A stretch of DNA of 64,000 nt from Verrucomicrobiota bacterium (GTDB lineage Bacteria; Verrucomicrobiota; Verrucomicrobiia; Limisphaerales; JANNEF01): the NCBI GenBank assembly GCA_031378375.1, contig JANNEF010000342.1, positions 4,156-68,155 on the forward strand. Reading direction: 5' to 3'. The notes beneath the pieces were generated by a model. The model did no database searches, was not told where the DNA came from, and was given only the letters and a program-made list of their open reading frames with translations. Positions 1 to 10,400 of this stretch are shown here, in pieces. The position numbers and the translations under genes are program-made. Numbering within the stretch: position 1 is the first letter of the stretch; every line of letters starts with the position of its first letter.

Positions 1-35
1 TTGGGCCACGCCAGCGGTTTTGTTACGGTTGAACC

Positions 36-521
36 ATGTCCAATCCAGCGAAACTCATCCAACTCGGCGCGGGCGAAGGCCCCGCTTTCTCTGCGGTCGG
101 CGATGTCTATCGCATCCTGGCCACCGGCGAGCAGACCGGCGGCGCCTACGCGTTGTGCGAGGCGCGCGTGCTGCCGGGTGGTGGGCCACCGCCTCACATC
201 CACCATCGCGAAGACGAATCGTTCTTCGTGCTGGAAGGCGAGATCACCTTCACGCTCGGCGACAGGAAAGTGGTCGCGAAGCCCGGTTCGTTCATCCAAG
301 GGCCGCGCGGGATTCCCCATGCGTTCAAGAACGAAAGCCAGGCGCCGGCACGGATGATGATCCTCGTCGCGCCGTCAGGCTTCGATCAGTTCCTGGTCGA
401 GTTTGCCCAACCCGTTCCGTCTTTCGATTCACCCCCTGTGCCGGTGACGCCCGCCGACATTCAGAAGCTCCTCGAGGTAGCGCCCAAGTACGGGATCGAA
501 ATTCTCCCGCCGCCGCATTGA
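36..521 (+). CDS. Small cupin-domain protein
   Basis: 161-aa ORF with cupin motifs 'PPPHIHHREDESFFVLEGE' and 'GSFIQGPRGIPHAF' (His/Glu metal-site pattern). Confidence 0.8.
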   Translation: MSNPAKLIQLGAGEGPAFSAVGDVYRILATGEQTGGAYALCEARVLPGGGPPPHIHHREDESFFVLEGEITFTLGDRKVVAKPGSFIQGPRGIPHAFKNESQAPARMMILVAPSGFDQFLVEFAQPVPSFDSPPVPVTPADIQKLLEVAPKYGIEILPPPH

Positions 522-570
522 ACAAAAGATTGGTGACGCGCGTGAACCGGGAGAAGATTTCGCCCGAAGA

Positions 571-3441
571 ATGATGACAGATTTTCGTGCCGGTCAGCGC
601 TGGATCAGCGAGAGCGAGCCAGAACTCGGATTGGGATCGGTGCTCCGCCTGAACACGCGCACCGTGACCGTGGTGTTCGGGGCCAGCGCCGAGACTCGCG
701 AATACGCCCGCGACAATGCGCCGCTGCGGCGCGTGCGCTTCCGCGCGGGAGACCCCATCGAGAACCACGAACGCCAGACGCTGGCGGTGGAATCAATCGT
801 GGAGCGCGCCGGGCTGATCTTCTACCGCGGCGGCGGGCGTGAGTGGTGCGAGACTGAACTCAGCGACGCCATCAGTTTCAACCAACCCGAGGAACGTCTG
901 CTGGCCGGACAGGTGGATGGGCCGGAAGTTTTTGATCTCCGGCTGGCGGCGTTGGAGCACCAGCACCGGCGGCGCAAGTCCGGAGTCCGCGGCTTCACAG
1001 GCGGGCGCATCGATCTCATTCCGCACCAGCTCTACATCGCCTCCGAGGTGGCCGGGCGTCTTGCGCCGCGCGTTCTGCTTGCCGACGAGGTGGGGCTGGG
1101 CAAGACCATCGAGGCGTGCCTGATTCTGCACCGGCTGCTGCTGACCGGCCGGGCGCAGCGCGTCCTGATCGTTGTCCCGGAATCGCTCGTTCATCAGTGG
1201 TTCGTGGAACTGTTGCGCCGTTTCAATCTCTGGTTTCACATTTTCGACGAGGAACGATGCGAGGCCATCGAGGCGGCGAATCCCGAGACCAATTCGTTCC
1301 TCGACGATCAACTCGTACTGGCGAGCATCGGCCTGTTTGCCGGCCACGATGCTCGCTTGCAACAGGCCCTGGCCGCCGGCTGGGACATGCTCGTCGTCGA
1401 TGAAGCGCATCATCTCGGCTGGTCCCCGGAGAACGTGAGTCCCGAATACGCCGTGGTCGAAGCGCTCGGTCGCCAGACACCGGGACTGCTGCTCCTGACC
1501 GCGACACCCGAGCAACTCGGCATGGCGAGCCACTTCGCCCGGTTGCGCCTGCTGGACCCGAATCGATTTCACGATCTCGCGGAGTTCATCCAGGAGGCGG
1601 ACAGTTATCGCGACGTGGCCCGGCTGGCAGAAAAACTGGGAGGCGGGCACAAGTTGGCCGCCGACGAGGTGAAGAGGCTGGCGCAAATTCTCGCTGTCAC
1701 CGAGGCGGGCATCCGCGCAAAGCTCGATCAGATTGACGCAGGGGATGGCGACCTGCGATCGGAGGTGCTGAACGCCTTGCTCGATCAGCATGGCACCGGG
1801 CGCGTCATGTTCCGCAACACGCGCGCGACGATTCGCGGTTTTCCCAGGCGCAACGCGCGACTGTGTCCGCTGCGCGCCTCCGCCAGCACCCCGGAACTGT
1901 TCGATGCGCTGGCCGAAGAATTCACGGCGGACTCGGATTCCAGCGTCGCGGCTTACTTCAAACCGGATTTCATGAATGATCCGCGCCTCGACTGGCTGGC
2001 TGAATTGCTGCGGCACCTGGGCGAGGAAAAAGTTCTCCTCATCTGCCGCACTCAGCGCAAGGTCGAGGCGATCGACGCGGCTTTGCGGCAGCGCCTGAAT
2101 GTGAAGATGGCGGCGTTCCACGAAGGTCTGCCGTTGGTGCAACGTGACCGACATACGGCGTGGTTCGCCGAGGACGATGGTGCGCGTCTGCTGCTCTGCT
2201 CGGAGATCGGCAGCGAAGGCCGGAACTTCCAGTTCGCGCACCACCTGGTCCTGTTTGACCTGCCGCTCGATCCGGAACTGCTGGAGCAGCGCATCGGGCG
2301 GCTCGACCGCATCGGGCAGGCTTCCGAGATTCAGATCCATGTGCCCTTCGTCGCGGGCAGCGCTCAGGAAGTTCTGGCGCGCTGGTATCACGAGGGTCTC
2401 AGCTCTTTTGATAAGAACCTGCACGGCGGCCGGGAATTGCTGGAGCAGTTCGGCACGCGAATTATCGACCTTGCGCAGGATTTTCACGAGACCCAGCCTG
2501 ACTCCAACCTAGATCTGGAACAGTTGATTGTAGAAACCGGCGCAGCCCGAAGCGTGCTCGCAACGCGCCTGGAAGAAGGCCGGGACCGGCTCCTCGAGCT
2601 GAACTCATTTCGATCCGAAGTCGCCGGTCGGCTCGTGCGCGACATTCAGCAGCAGGATGGAGATGACTCGCTGGACGGGTTCATGGTTGCGGTCTTCGAT
2701 CACTTCTCCATCCACGTCGAGGAACTGACACGCCGGACGTTTCAACTCGGATCGGCGGGAGTGTTCGCGGAATCGTTTCCCGGGCTGCCGGCGGAGGGCC
2801 TCACGATCACCAGCGATCGGAAGCGCGCGCTGTCGCGTGAGGACGTCCAGTTCCTGACGTGGGATCATCCGCTGGTCACCGGCGCGCTCGACCTGCTGCT
2901 CGGGACGGAAAAGGGCAACAGCAGTTTCGGTCTCTGGCCGGACGCGAAGAACCCGGGGATCTATCTGGAGGCAATTTATCTCCTCGAATGCATCGCGCCG
3001 CCCCCGTTGCACGTGGACCGGTTTCTGCCGCCCACGCCGTTGCGGGTGCTGGTGGATCATCGCGGCACCGACGCAGGAGCGACGGTCACGACGGAATTGC
3101 TCCGGCGACAACTGAAGAGCGGCGATGCCTTCGCGCTTCTGGATCAGCCAGAGCTGAGAGATGAGCTGCTTCCGGCTCTCATCGAAAAAGCCCGGGCCAC
3201 CGCCAGTGCGCGGATACCAAACCTTGTGGCGCAAGCCCGAAAAGAGATGACGGCACAGTTGGGTCACGAAATCACGCGCCTTAAGGAATTGCAAAAGGTC
3301 AACCGCAGCGTCCGGGCCGAGGAGATTGAACTGCTCGTGCGGCAGCAGGCTGCCCTCGACCAGCATCTCGCCAGCGCCCGGCTGCGACTGGATTCGATCC
3401 GGTTGATTCAGCGCGGGCGAGTCGTTTCGCACGACGCTTGA
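571..3441 (+). CDS. rapA: RNA polymerase-associated SNF2-family ATPase RapA (HepA)
   Basis: 956 aa. RapA-type N-terminus 'FRAGQRWISESEPELGLG'. Helicase motif I 'LADEVGLGKTIEA', motif II 'VVDEAHHL', helicase-C 'FDLPLDPELLEQRIGRLDRIGQ'. Confidence 0.9.
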   Translation: MMTDFRAGQRWISESEPELGLGSVLRLNTRTVTVVFGASAETREYARDNAPLRRVRFRAGDPIENHERQTLAVESIVERAGLIFYRGGGREWCETELSDAISFNQPEERLLAGQVDGPEVFDLRLAALEHQHRRRKSGVRGFTGGRIDLIPHQLYIASEVAGRLAPRVLLADEVGLGKTIEACLILHRLLLTGRAQRVLIVVPESLVHQWFVELLRRFNLWFHIFDEERCEAIEAANPETNSFLDDQLVLASIGLFAGHDARLQQALAAGWDMLVVDEAHHLGWSPENVSPEYAVVEALGRQTPGLLLLTATPEQLGMASHFARLRLLDPNRFHDLAEFIQEADSYRDVARLAEKLGGGHKLAADEVKRLAQILAVTEAGIRAKLDQIDAGDGDLRSEVLNALLDQHGTGRVMFRNTRATIRGFPRRNARLCPLRASASTPELFDALAEEFTADSDSSVAAYFKPDFMNDPRLDWLAELLRHLGEEKVLLICRTQRKVEAIDAALRQRLNVKMAAFHEGLPLVQRDRHTAWFAEDDGARLLLCSEIGSEGRNFQFAHHLVLFDLPLDPELLEQRIGRLDRIGQASEIQIHVPFVAGSAQEVLARWYHEGLSSFDKNLHGGRELLEQFGTRIIDLAQDFHETQPDSNLDLEQLIVETGAARSVLATRLEEGRDRLLELNSFRSEVAGRLVRDIQQQDGDDSLDGFMVAVFDHFSIHVEELTRRTFQLGSAGVFAESFPGLPAEGLTITSDRKRALSREDVQFLTWDHPLVTGALDLLLGTEKGNSSFGLWPDAKNPGIYLEAIYLLECIAPPPLHVDRFLPPTPLRVLVDHRGTDAGATVTTELLRRQLKSGDAFALLDQPELRDELLPALIEKARATASARIPNLVAQARKEMTAQLGHEITRLKELQKVNRSVRAEEIELLVRQQAALDQHLASARLRLDSIRLIQRGRVVSHDA

Positions 3442-3715
3442 GTGAGCACCGACCGGGAGGCCACCGGCGGTGGCGGGACGACCGTGCTGGGATGAACACG
3501 GCGAATCCCGAGACCAACCCGTTCCGGCCACTCGGCTCGCGTAAGTGGCAAGTTCCCCCATTGCGAGTCCCTCCCGGTGTTGGCCGACTCTTTCGCGTTG
3601 CCGCAAGAACGGTTGCCCGTATCATCGGCCTTGAAAAAACACATGACCCGGAAACCTGACGACACCACCGGCACCGCCACCATCGGCCTTGTCCGCTTGC
3701 AATAGCCGCACGACC

Positions 3716-4366
3716 ATGCGCTCGCGTTCCGAAATCATCTCGCTGCTCACCAACCCTGGCATCATCGCCGTCGTGCGCACCGACCGGACCGACCAGGTGC
3801 TGCCCGTGGCGGAAGCGTTGGTGGCCGGCGGCGTCATCGCGGTGGAAATCACCATGACCGTGCCGGACGCGCTGGTGGCGATTCGCGAAACCAGTCAACG
3901 GCTCGGCGCGCGGGCGGTGATCGGCATGGGCACCGTGCTCCATGCCGAGGCGTGCCGCGCGGCGATCACGGCGGGGGCGGAGTTTGTTGTCAGTCCCATC
4001 ACGAGGCAGGAAATTGTCGCCGTCGCGCACGCCGCCGGCCGCCCGGTGATGCTCGGCGCCTACACCCCCACCGAAGCGCAGACGGCGCACGAGGCGGGCG
4101 CGGACTTCATCAAGATTTTCCCGGCGGACCAACTGGGGCCGGGCTACATCAAAAACCTGCGCGCCCCCCTGCCTCACCTGCGCATCGTGCCAACCGGCGG
4201 CGTGGATTTGCAAACCGCGCCGGAGTTCTTGAAGGCCGGCTGCGCGGCGCTGGGCGTCGGCTCGTCGCTCCTCACGCGCGAAATCCTCCGCACCTCGAAC
4301 TGGACGGAGTTGATGCGACTGGCGCGGGCCTTCGTTGAAGTCGCCGCCGCCGCGCGAAGGGCATAG
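3716..4366 (+). CDS. eda: 2-keto-3-deoxy-6-phosphogluconate / KHG aldolase
   Basis: Motifs 'GIIAVVR', 'GGVIAVEITM', 'FIKIFPA', 'IVPTGGV'. The track ORF begins at TTG 3689; the in-frame ATG at 3716 ('MRSRSEIISLL') is the more likely start. Confidence 0.85.
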   Translation: MRSRSEIISLLTNPGIIAVVRTDRTDQVLPVAEALVAGGVIAVEITMTVPDALVAIRETSQRLGARAVIGMGTVLHAEACRAAITAGAEFVVSPITRQEIVAVAHAAGRPVMLGAYTPTEAQTAHEAGADFIKIFPADQLGPGYIKNLRAPLPHLRIVPTGGVDLQTAPEFLKAGCAALGVGSSLLTREILRTSNWTELMRLARAFVEVAAAARRA

Positions 4367-4512
4367 ACGCGGTTCACCAGCTTCACGCCACATCTTCCAC
4401 CGGGTCGGGGCTATTTCGTCTTCGCATGGCGAGGCCTCATCGCCGTCCAGTGGATTTCCGAACAATGAACCGGCATGAACGCCGCACGCCGGTGTTGCGC
4501 TCGAAGGAACGC

Positions 4513-4923
4513 TCAACCCACACGAAACGAGATGCGCGCGATGAGTTCGTGGCCGAAACTGTGTTGCAGGCGGGTGAGGATTTCCTTGCGGCGATAGCGG
4601 ACGATTTCGCTCAACCACACGCTGTTGTCCACGGTGACGAAGAGCGTGCCTTGGTGAATGCTCGCGGGCTGGGCGTGCGCGGTGATGGCCGGGTCAATGA
4701 GGTGGTTCCACACGCGCACGATCTCGGCTTCCGCGCGGCGGCGATCCATGCGCAGATGGGTGAGCACGCCGGGCATCACGTTGCCGATGGGTTGGGCGGG
4801 GCGCTCGCGCGCCTTTTCCAACGGCGTCACATCCAGATGACGCCATTCGGCGAGCGCGCGCTGGCGCGGACCGCGTTTGGGCGGGCCGAGCGGGGGGATG
4901 AAGCGCGGGGGGCGGGGGAACAT
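4513..4923 (-). CDS. DUF721 (DciA-like) domain protein
   Basis: 136 aa. Pattern 'IVRVWNHLIDPAITAHAQPASIHQGTLFVTVDNSVWLSEI..RKEIL' matches the DUF721 family layout from memory. Confidence 0.6.
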   Translation of the reverse strand: MFPRPPRFIPPLGPPKRGPRQRALAEWRHLDVTPLEKARERPAQPIGNVMPGVLTHLRMDRRRAEAEIVRVWNHLIDPAITAHAQPASIHQGTLFVTVDNSVWLSEIVRYRRKEILTRLQHSFGHELIARISFRVG

Positions 4924-4993
4924 TGGTCAATGATGAATGACGAATGACGTGTGACGAGTGGCGGGCACGCGACGCGGAAGGATTTGTCCGGGG

Positions 4994-5024
4994 AACTTTG
5001 AACCTAGAGCTTCGAACTTTGAAC
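4994..5024. promoter_or_regulatory. Two copies of AACTTTGAAC spaced 21 bp apart, upstream of the DUF721 gene
   Basis: AACTTTGAAC at 4994-5003 and 5015-5024. A related TTTGAAC/TTTGCAC/TTTGAAC array lies at 46491-46511. Confidence 0.4.
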
Positions 5025-7085
5025 TCATGGCGTTGGACCGGTTTGTTCATCCAGCACCAGCACGCCGTGCGGCGGGAGGTCGTAGTTGCCGTTGAAAGTC
5101 TGGCCGGTGAGGAAATCGTGCATTGGCTTGTAGAACGAGATGCGCACGGGCGAGTTCTGGTGGTTGAGCAGGAAATAAATCTTCAAGTTTTCCTTCTGGC
5201 GCAGACTCACTTCGACAGTGTCGGGCACCTTGAGCAGGGGATGGAGGTTGCACAACTGGCGCAGCCATACGACGAGGTCGTGGTAAAAATGCTGGTGGCT
5301 CATGGTGCCGACGTACACGGCCCGGCCGTCGCCATATTCGTTGAGCGTGAGCGCGGGGCGGCCCGCGTAGAAGTCCTTCGCATAAACGCCCAGCACCTGG
5401 CAGCCGCGCGGCTCGATGATGTCGCACCACAAGCGCGCCGGATGCAAATGCGTCGCGGCGAAGGCGCCTTTGAAGGTGAGATGGTTCTCCTCGCCCGGCG
5501 GCAGCGGGTCGAACTCCAGCACTTCCAGACCAAACAAATCCGTGAGGTCGTGTGGGAAGCCGGTGTCCGGCGCAATGTGATGCTCGTCCACAAGGCCCGT
5601 GTTAAATGTGCCCACGAGCGTACCGCCGTTTTGCACGTAGAGCTTGAGCCGATCCGCCTCGCCGCCCGCCAGCAGTTGCAGTGACGGCGCGAAGACCAGT
5701 TTGTAGCGCGACAAATCCTCGGTGGGCCGCGCGAAGTCCACGGGAATGTTCCGGTCGTGCAGCGCGTTGTAGAAGAGCTGAACGTGCTCACGCTGGTTGA
5801 AGTATTTGTTCGGTTGCGGCACGGCCTTGAGATTCCACTCGTTTTCGTGGCTCAGGAGAATGCAGGTGTCGGCGATGACTTTCGTGTCCTTGAGCACGGG
5901 CGCGAGGAGCTTGATCTCCTGGCCGACCTGTTTGATTTCCTGATAGGTGCGATTGTCCCCGCGCCCGTCGTGGGTTAGGACGCCGCCGTAAAACTTTTCC
6001 GAGCCGATGCGCGGCTGGCGCCAGAGGAAGTAGAGCACGCCGCACGCGCCGCGCGAGATCATCTGGTAGGTGAAGAACCGCACCACCTGCGGGCGCACGA
6101 GGGAATTGACCTCCTGCCAGTTCACGTTGCCGGCTTTTTGCTCGATCACCCAGAAGCCGCAGTCGCCGTCGGGCGTGCGGATGTCCGTCTTCTTGAGCGA
6201 ACGCATCATGTCAATCTCGCACGCGAGTTGGGAGGGCTTCTCCTTGATGGTGGCGTTGCTGTCCACGGACACGAAGTCCAGCGTTTCCGCCATGTCGAAG
6301 TGATCGAAGTTGCGGGTGAGCGCGCGGAGATTTTGCGTGACGGGAATTTTCGGCGTGAGTTGGTGGAGCAAGTCCGCCTGCATCCGTGAGTATGCCACCA
6401 ACGTGTCGCTGCCAAAGCGCATCCAATCCAGCACGAGCGCGGGGTTGTGAACCGTGGGCGCGGCCTGCGGCATCGGCACCTGCTCCCAGTCCGTCACGGT
6501 CTGCGTCCAGAAGCGGGTGCCCATGAGATCGTTCAGGCGCGCGATGGATTCGTATTTGGCCTTGAGCCAGGCGTGCCAGTCGCGGCGCGTTTCGTCGTTG
6601 AAAGATTGTTCGGTGTTGTGACCGCCGAGGCCGTTGTCCATCTGCCAGGCGATGAGTTGCGGGTGATCGCCCAGCGCTCCGGCGAGCGCGTGGATGATGT
6701 GCTTGGAGTATTCCCAATACGCGTTGCTGTTCAGGCAATAGGCGCGACGCGTGCCCTCGTGCCGCCGAAGTCCATGCGCGTCCACGGGGAGGATTTCGGG
6801 ATGCTTTCGCGCCAGCCAGATCGGCGGCGCGGCGGTGGGCGTGCCGAGGACCACCTGGATGCCCGCCTGGCCGAACAGGTCCATCGCCCGGCGCATCCAC
6901 GCGAAATCAAACCGTCCCTCCTCCGGTTCGTACAGCCCCCAGGCAAACTCGCCCATGCGCACGACGTTGACGCCCGCCTCGACCATCAACTCGACATCGC
7001 GTTGCCAGCGCGACTCCGGCGCTTCCGGCGTGCCGGCCAGCGGGTAAACCCAGTGCTCAGGATAATAATCAACGCCGAAATACAT
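5025..7085 (-). CDS. Glycoside hydrolase family 42 beta-galactosidase
   Basis: 'YFGVDYYPEHW', 'VRMGEFAW', 'IAWQMDNGLGGH', plus a C-terminal trimerisation-like region. The track ORF starts at TTG 7142; ATG at 7085 gives the canonical 'MYFGVDYYPEHW' N-terminus. Confidence 0.85.
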   Translation of the reverse strand: MYFGVDYYPEHWVYPLAGTPEAPESRWQRDVELMVEAGVNVVRMGEFAWGLYEPEEGRFDFAWMRRAMDLFGQAGIQVVLGTPTAAPPIWLARKHPEILPVDAHGLRRHEGTRRAYCLNSNAYWEYSKHIIHALAGALGDHPQLIAWQMDNGLGGHNTEQSFNDETRRDWHAWLKAKYESIARLNDLMGTRFWTQTVTDWEQVPMPQAAPTVHNPALVLDWMRFGSDTLVAYSRMQADLLHQLTPKIPVTQNLRALTRNFDHFDMAETLDFVSVDSNATIKEKPSQLACEIDMMRSLKKTDIRTPDGDCGFWVIEQKAGNVNWQEVNSLVRPQVVRFFTYQMISRGACGVLYFLWRQPRIGSEKFYGGVLTHDGRGDNRTYQEIKQVGQEIKLLAPVLKDTKVIADTCILLSHENEWNLKAVPQPNKYFNQREHVQLFYNALHDRNIPVDFARPTEDLSRYKLVFAPSLQLLAGGEADRLKLYVQNGGTLVGTFNTGLVDEHHIAPDTGFPHDLTDLFGLEVLEFDPLPPGEENHLTFKGAFAATHLHPARLWCDIIEPRGCQVLGVYAKDFYAGRPALTLNEYGDGRAVYVGTMSHQHFYHDLVVWLRQLCNLHPLLKVPDTVEVSLRQKENLKIYFLLNHQNSPVRISFYKPMHDFLTGQTFNGNYDLPPHGVLVLDEQTGPTP

Positions 7086-7477
7086 GTGAGTGGCCGCGTT
7101 GGGCGGCTTCGTGCAATCTAAAGCCGCCAGTGGGTCAGGCAATCACAAACCCCTGAGCGATCAGGGCGGCAAGACGCCGAACTTTTTGCTTGTAAAATCC
7201 AAGCCATCCGTTTTTAATAACACTCGTTCCATTCCACGGGGATTAAGCAGGCTAAAAAACTGATCAGCCATGACCATCGGCGTCCTGAGCGTTCGAGCCA
7301 GCACGCGCGGCGAAAGCCGTTCGGAGACAGCGGTACAAGGATGTCGAAGTTTGCATGAGACGAACAATACATTACAAAAGACAGGACAACCTGGAACAAC
7401 GTCCGCTCGTAGTTTACGAAGCGGCGCGCAGATTTGCTTCGCGTCTCGACGGCCATCCGCACTTAACGATTACGACT

Positions 7478-10400
7478 ATGAAAACACGAAACCTTTTCAC
7501 ACGGATACTCCAGGCCGGAGTCCTGATCGCCGGCACGCTCCACAGCACCGTGGCCTCGGTGGTGGAGCCCCCCGCAATCAACTGTTCGCCGGCGCGCACC
7601 GTTCAATGTGGCGAGTCGTGGAGCTTCGACGAGCCGGCGGCCACCGTCTCGTGCGGTGTCGCGACGGTTGCCGTCGTGAGCACCATGACCAACGCTGCCT
7701 GCGGCAACACCTTCACCGCCACGCGCACATGGCAGGTCACCGACGAATGCGAGCGGACCAACACATGCAGCCAGGTCATCACCGTGCAAGACACCAACAA
7801 TCCGGCCATCACCTGTCCGGCGGACGTCACGGTGGAATGCTTCGCGGATCTTCCCCCGGTGGACCTGGGCGCGTTGACGGCCAGCGACTGTAGCGACGTG
7901 ATCACGAGTCACGTCGGCGACGAAGCCGTGACCAACGGCTTTGTCATCACGATGACACGCACCTACAAAGCCACCGACCTTTGCGGTAACTCCGCGGCGT
8001 GCGTTCAAATCATCACGGTGCAGGACACGACGGCGCCAAACATCTTCTGCCCGCCGGACTTGACCATCGAGTGCGCGGGGCCGGGGGGAATCGCCGGATC
8101 GACCGCGGTGTTCTATGGTGTGGAACTCAGCGAAAACTGTGACTTCAACAATCTGACGATGGTCTGCGACCCGCCGACCGGAAGTCTTTTTCCGCTGGGC
8201 ACGACCACCGTGAATTGCACCGCCGCTGATGCCAGTGGCAACACGAACACCTGCGGCTTCACCGTGACCGTCGCCGACACGACCAGGCCCGACATCACTT
8301 GCCCGGCAGACTTGACGTTGGAATGCGCCGGCCCGGACGGAACGACCGCCAACTGGATCATCAGCGCGACGGATGCTTGCGATGCGAACCCGACGGTCGT
8401 CTGTAATCCGGCTCCCGGAAGCACCTTCGCGTTGGGCACGAGCACGGTGACGTGCGTCGCCAGTGACACCAGCGGTAACGCCACCAATTGCAGCTTCACC
8501 ATAACCGTCGCGGACGAAACCATGCCGGGCATCGCCTGCCCGCCGAACCTGACGGTGGAATGCGCCGGAACAGCGGGAACGGTGGCGACTTGGAACGTCA
8601 CCGCCAGCGACGCCTGCGATGCAACAAGCCCGGCGGTCGTCTGCGACCCGGCCACCGGCAGTGCCTTCGCGCTGGGCACCACCACGGTGACGTGCTCCGC
8701 GACGGACACGAGCGGCAACCGCGCCGAATGCTCCTTCACCGTGACCGTCGCTGACACGACCGCGCCGAACATCTTTTGCCCGACAAGCGCGACCATTGAG
8801 TGTCTGGCGCCGGAAGGAATCGCCGGCGCGACCGTGGTGCTGTATCCATTGCCGGAGACCAGCGACCAGTGTGACTTGGCCGTGGCGGTGGTCTGCGAGC
8901 CGCCGGCCGGGAATCTTTTTCCGCTGGGCACGACGACGGTGAATTGCACGGCCACCGACACCAGCGGCAATACGAACGCTTGCGACTTCAGCATCACGGT
9001 GGTGGACACGCTCCCCCCGGAACTTCGGTGCCCGACCAATGGCGTGTTCGACTGCGCCATCGGCGCTGAGTTTATCTTTGAAGCAGTGGCGACCGACTTC
9101 TGCGACACCAATGTGACCGTCAGTTGCGAGCCGCCATCCGGCAGCCGCTTCGCGCTCGGCACGACGACGGTGAATTGCACCGCCACTGACGCCAGCGGCA
9201 ACACCACCAGTTGCAGCTTCACCATCACGCGCGTGGACGAAACCGCGCCCACGATCACCTGTCCGAGCGATCTGACTGTCACCATCGAACCCATTTCCGA
9301 GGGGGTGGTTGTCCCGTTCTCCGTGAGCGCCATGGATAACTGCGGGGACGTTGTTCCGGTCTGCGCGCCGCCATCCGACTCCTTTTTCACTCCAGGCGCG
9401 ACCACCGTGGTGTGCTCCGTTTCAGACGCCGCCGGGAACACCAACGAGTGCCGGTTCGTAGTCACCGTCATCGTGGTGAGCGGCGACACCGAAGCGCCGA
9501 CCATCGTCTGCCCCGGTAGTCTCACGCTGGACTGTGCCGGACCGGAAGGCACGCCCGCCACGTTCACGGCGAGCGCCACGGACAACGTGGACACGAGCGT
9601 GATCGTGATCTGTGTTCCGCCGTCCGGCACGGCGTTTCCGCCCGGCGAAACCACGGTCGTCTGCACTGCCGCCGACGTGAGTGGCAATGCCACCAATTGC
9701 AGTTTCACGGTGACGATTAGCGACACCACGCCGCCGCTGGCTTGCCTGGAAGCGAAGCGGTTGGTCACGAGTGGAGTGGACGACCACTTTGACGACTTGA
9801 GCAATGTCGAACCCGCCGCGCCCAGCGATGGGTTGAAGGCGCAATTGGGCGATGCCCCGCTCCGGTCGTTCGACGATTGCGTCTTGAGCCGGACCTTTGC
9901 CCACACCTTCGACAATCTGCCGGCAGGGGAAATTCTGGGAGCGCGGCTGCGTTTCCGTCTGGCGGCTTGCGAGGACACCTCCGTGGACGATGTGATCAAA
10001 CTACAGTTCGCCAATCCCGACGGCTCGTTGCTGCCAGCGCGCTGGGAACGCAGCATCGGCGAGTTGGCGGGCGGTCTGTGGCTGTTCGGCTTTGACCTGG
10101 AATTTCCGGCGCTGGACTTGTCGAGCCTGACGAACGCTGACGGTTCGATCGCTGACTTGCTGCCCACGCTGCGCGCGAACCGCTTCCTCGACATCATCGT
10201 GGCCGAGGACACGATGGTGGATTTCATTGAATTGGAACTGACGATCTGTGCCTGCCACGAAGACTTGGTGGCCGACAACGACCCCGGCGAATGCGGAGCC
10301 ACGGTCAGCTTCGCCCCGCCGGCCTTCACCGATCTGTGCGACGCGAACCTGAGCATCGTCTGCACGCCGCCGTCCGGCACGTTTCTGCCGCTGGGCCTCC

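Noticed and set aside
793-2487. 564-aa ORF antisense to rapA. Similar long antisense ORFs lie at 3299..4618, 8113..10674, 15841..17076, 27713..29656, 31036..32547, 31647..33677, 36864..38594, 39754..41364, 48430..50319, 54745..56247 and 56917..57969.
   Set aside because: Each lies opposite a gene with clear family motifs. Their translations are Arg/Ala/Gly/Pro-rich low-complexity strings typical of shadow ORFs in GC-rich DNA.
4426-4947. 173-aa + strand ORF between eda and GH42
   Set aside because: It is fully antisense to the DUF721 gene, which has the recognisable family pattern.
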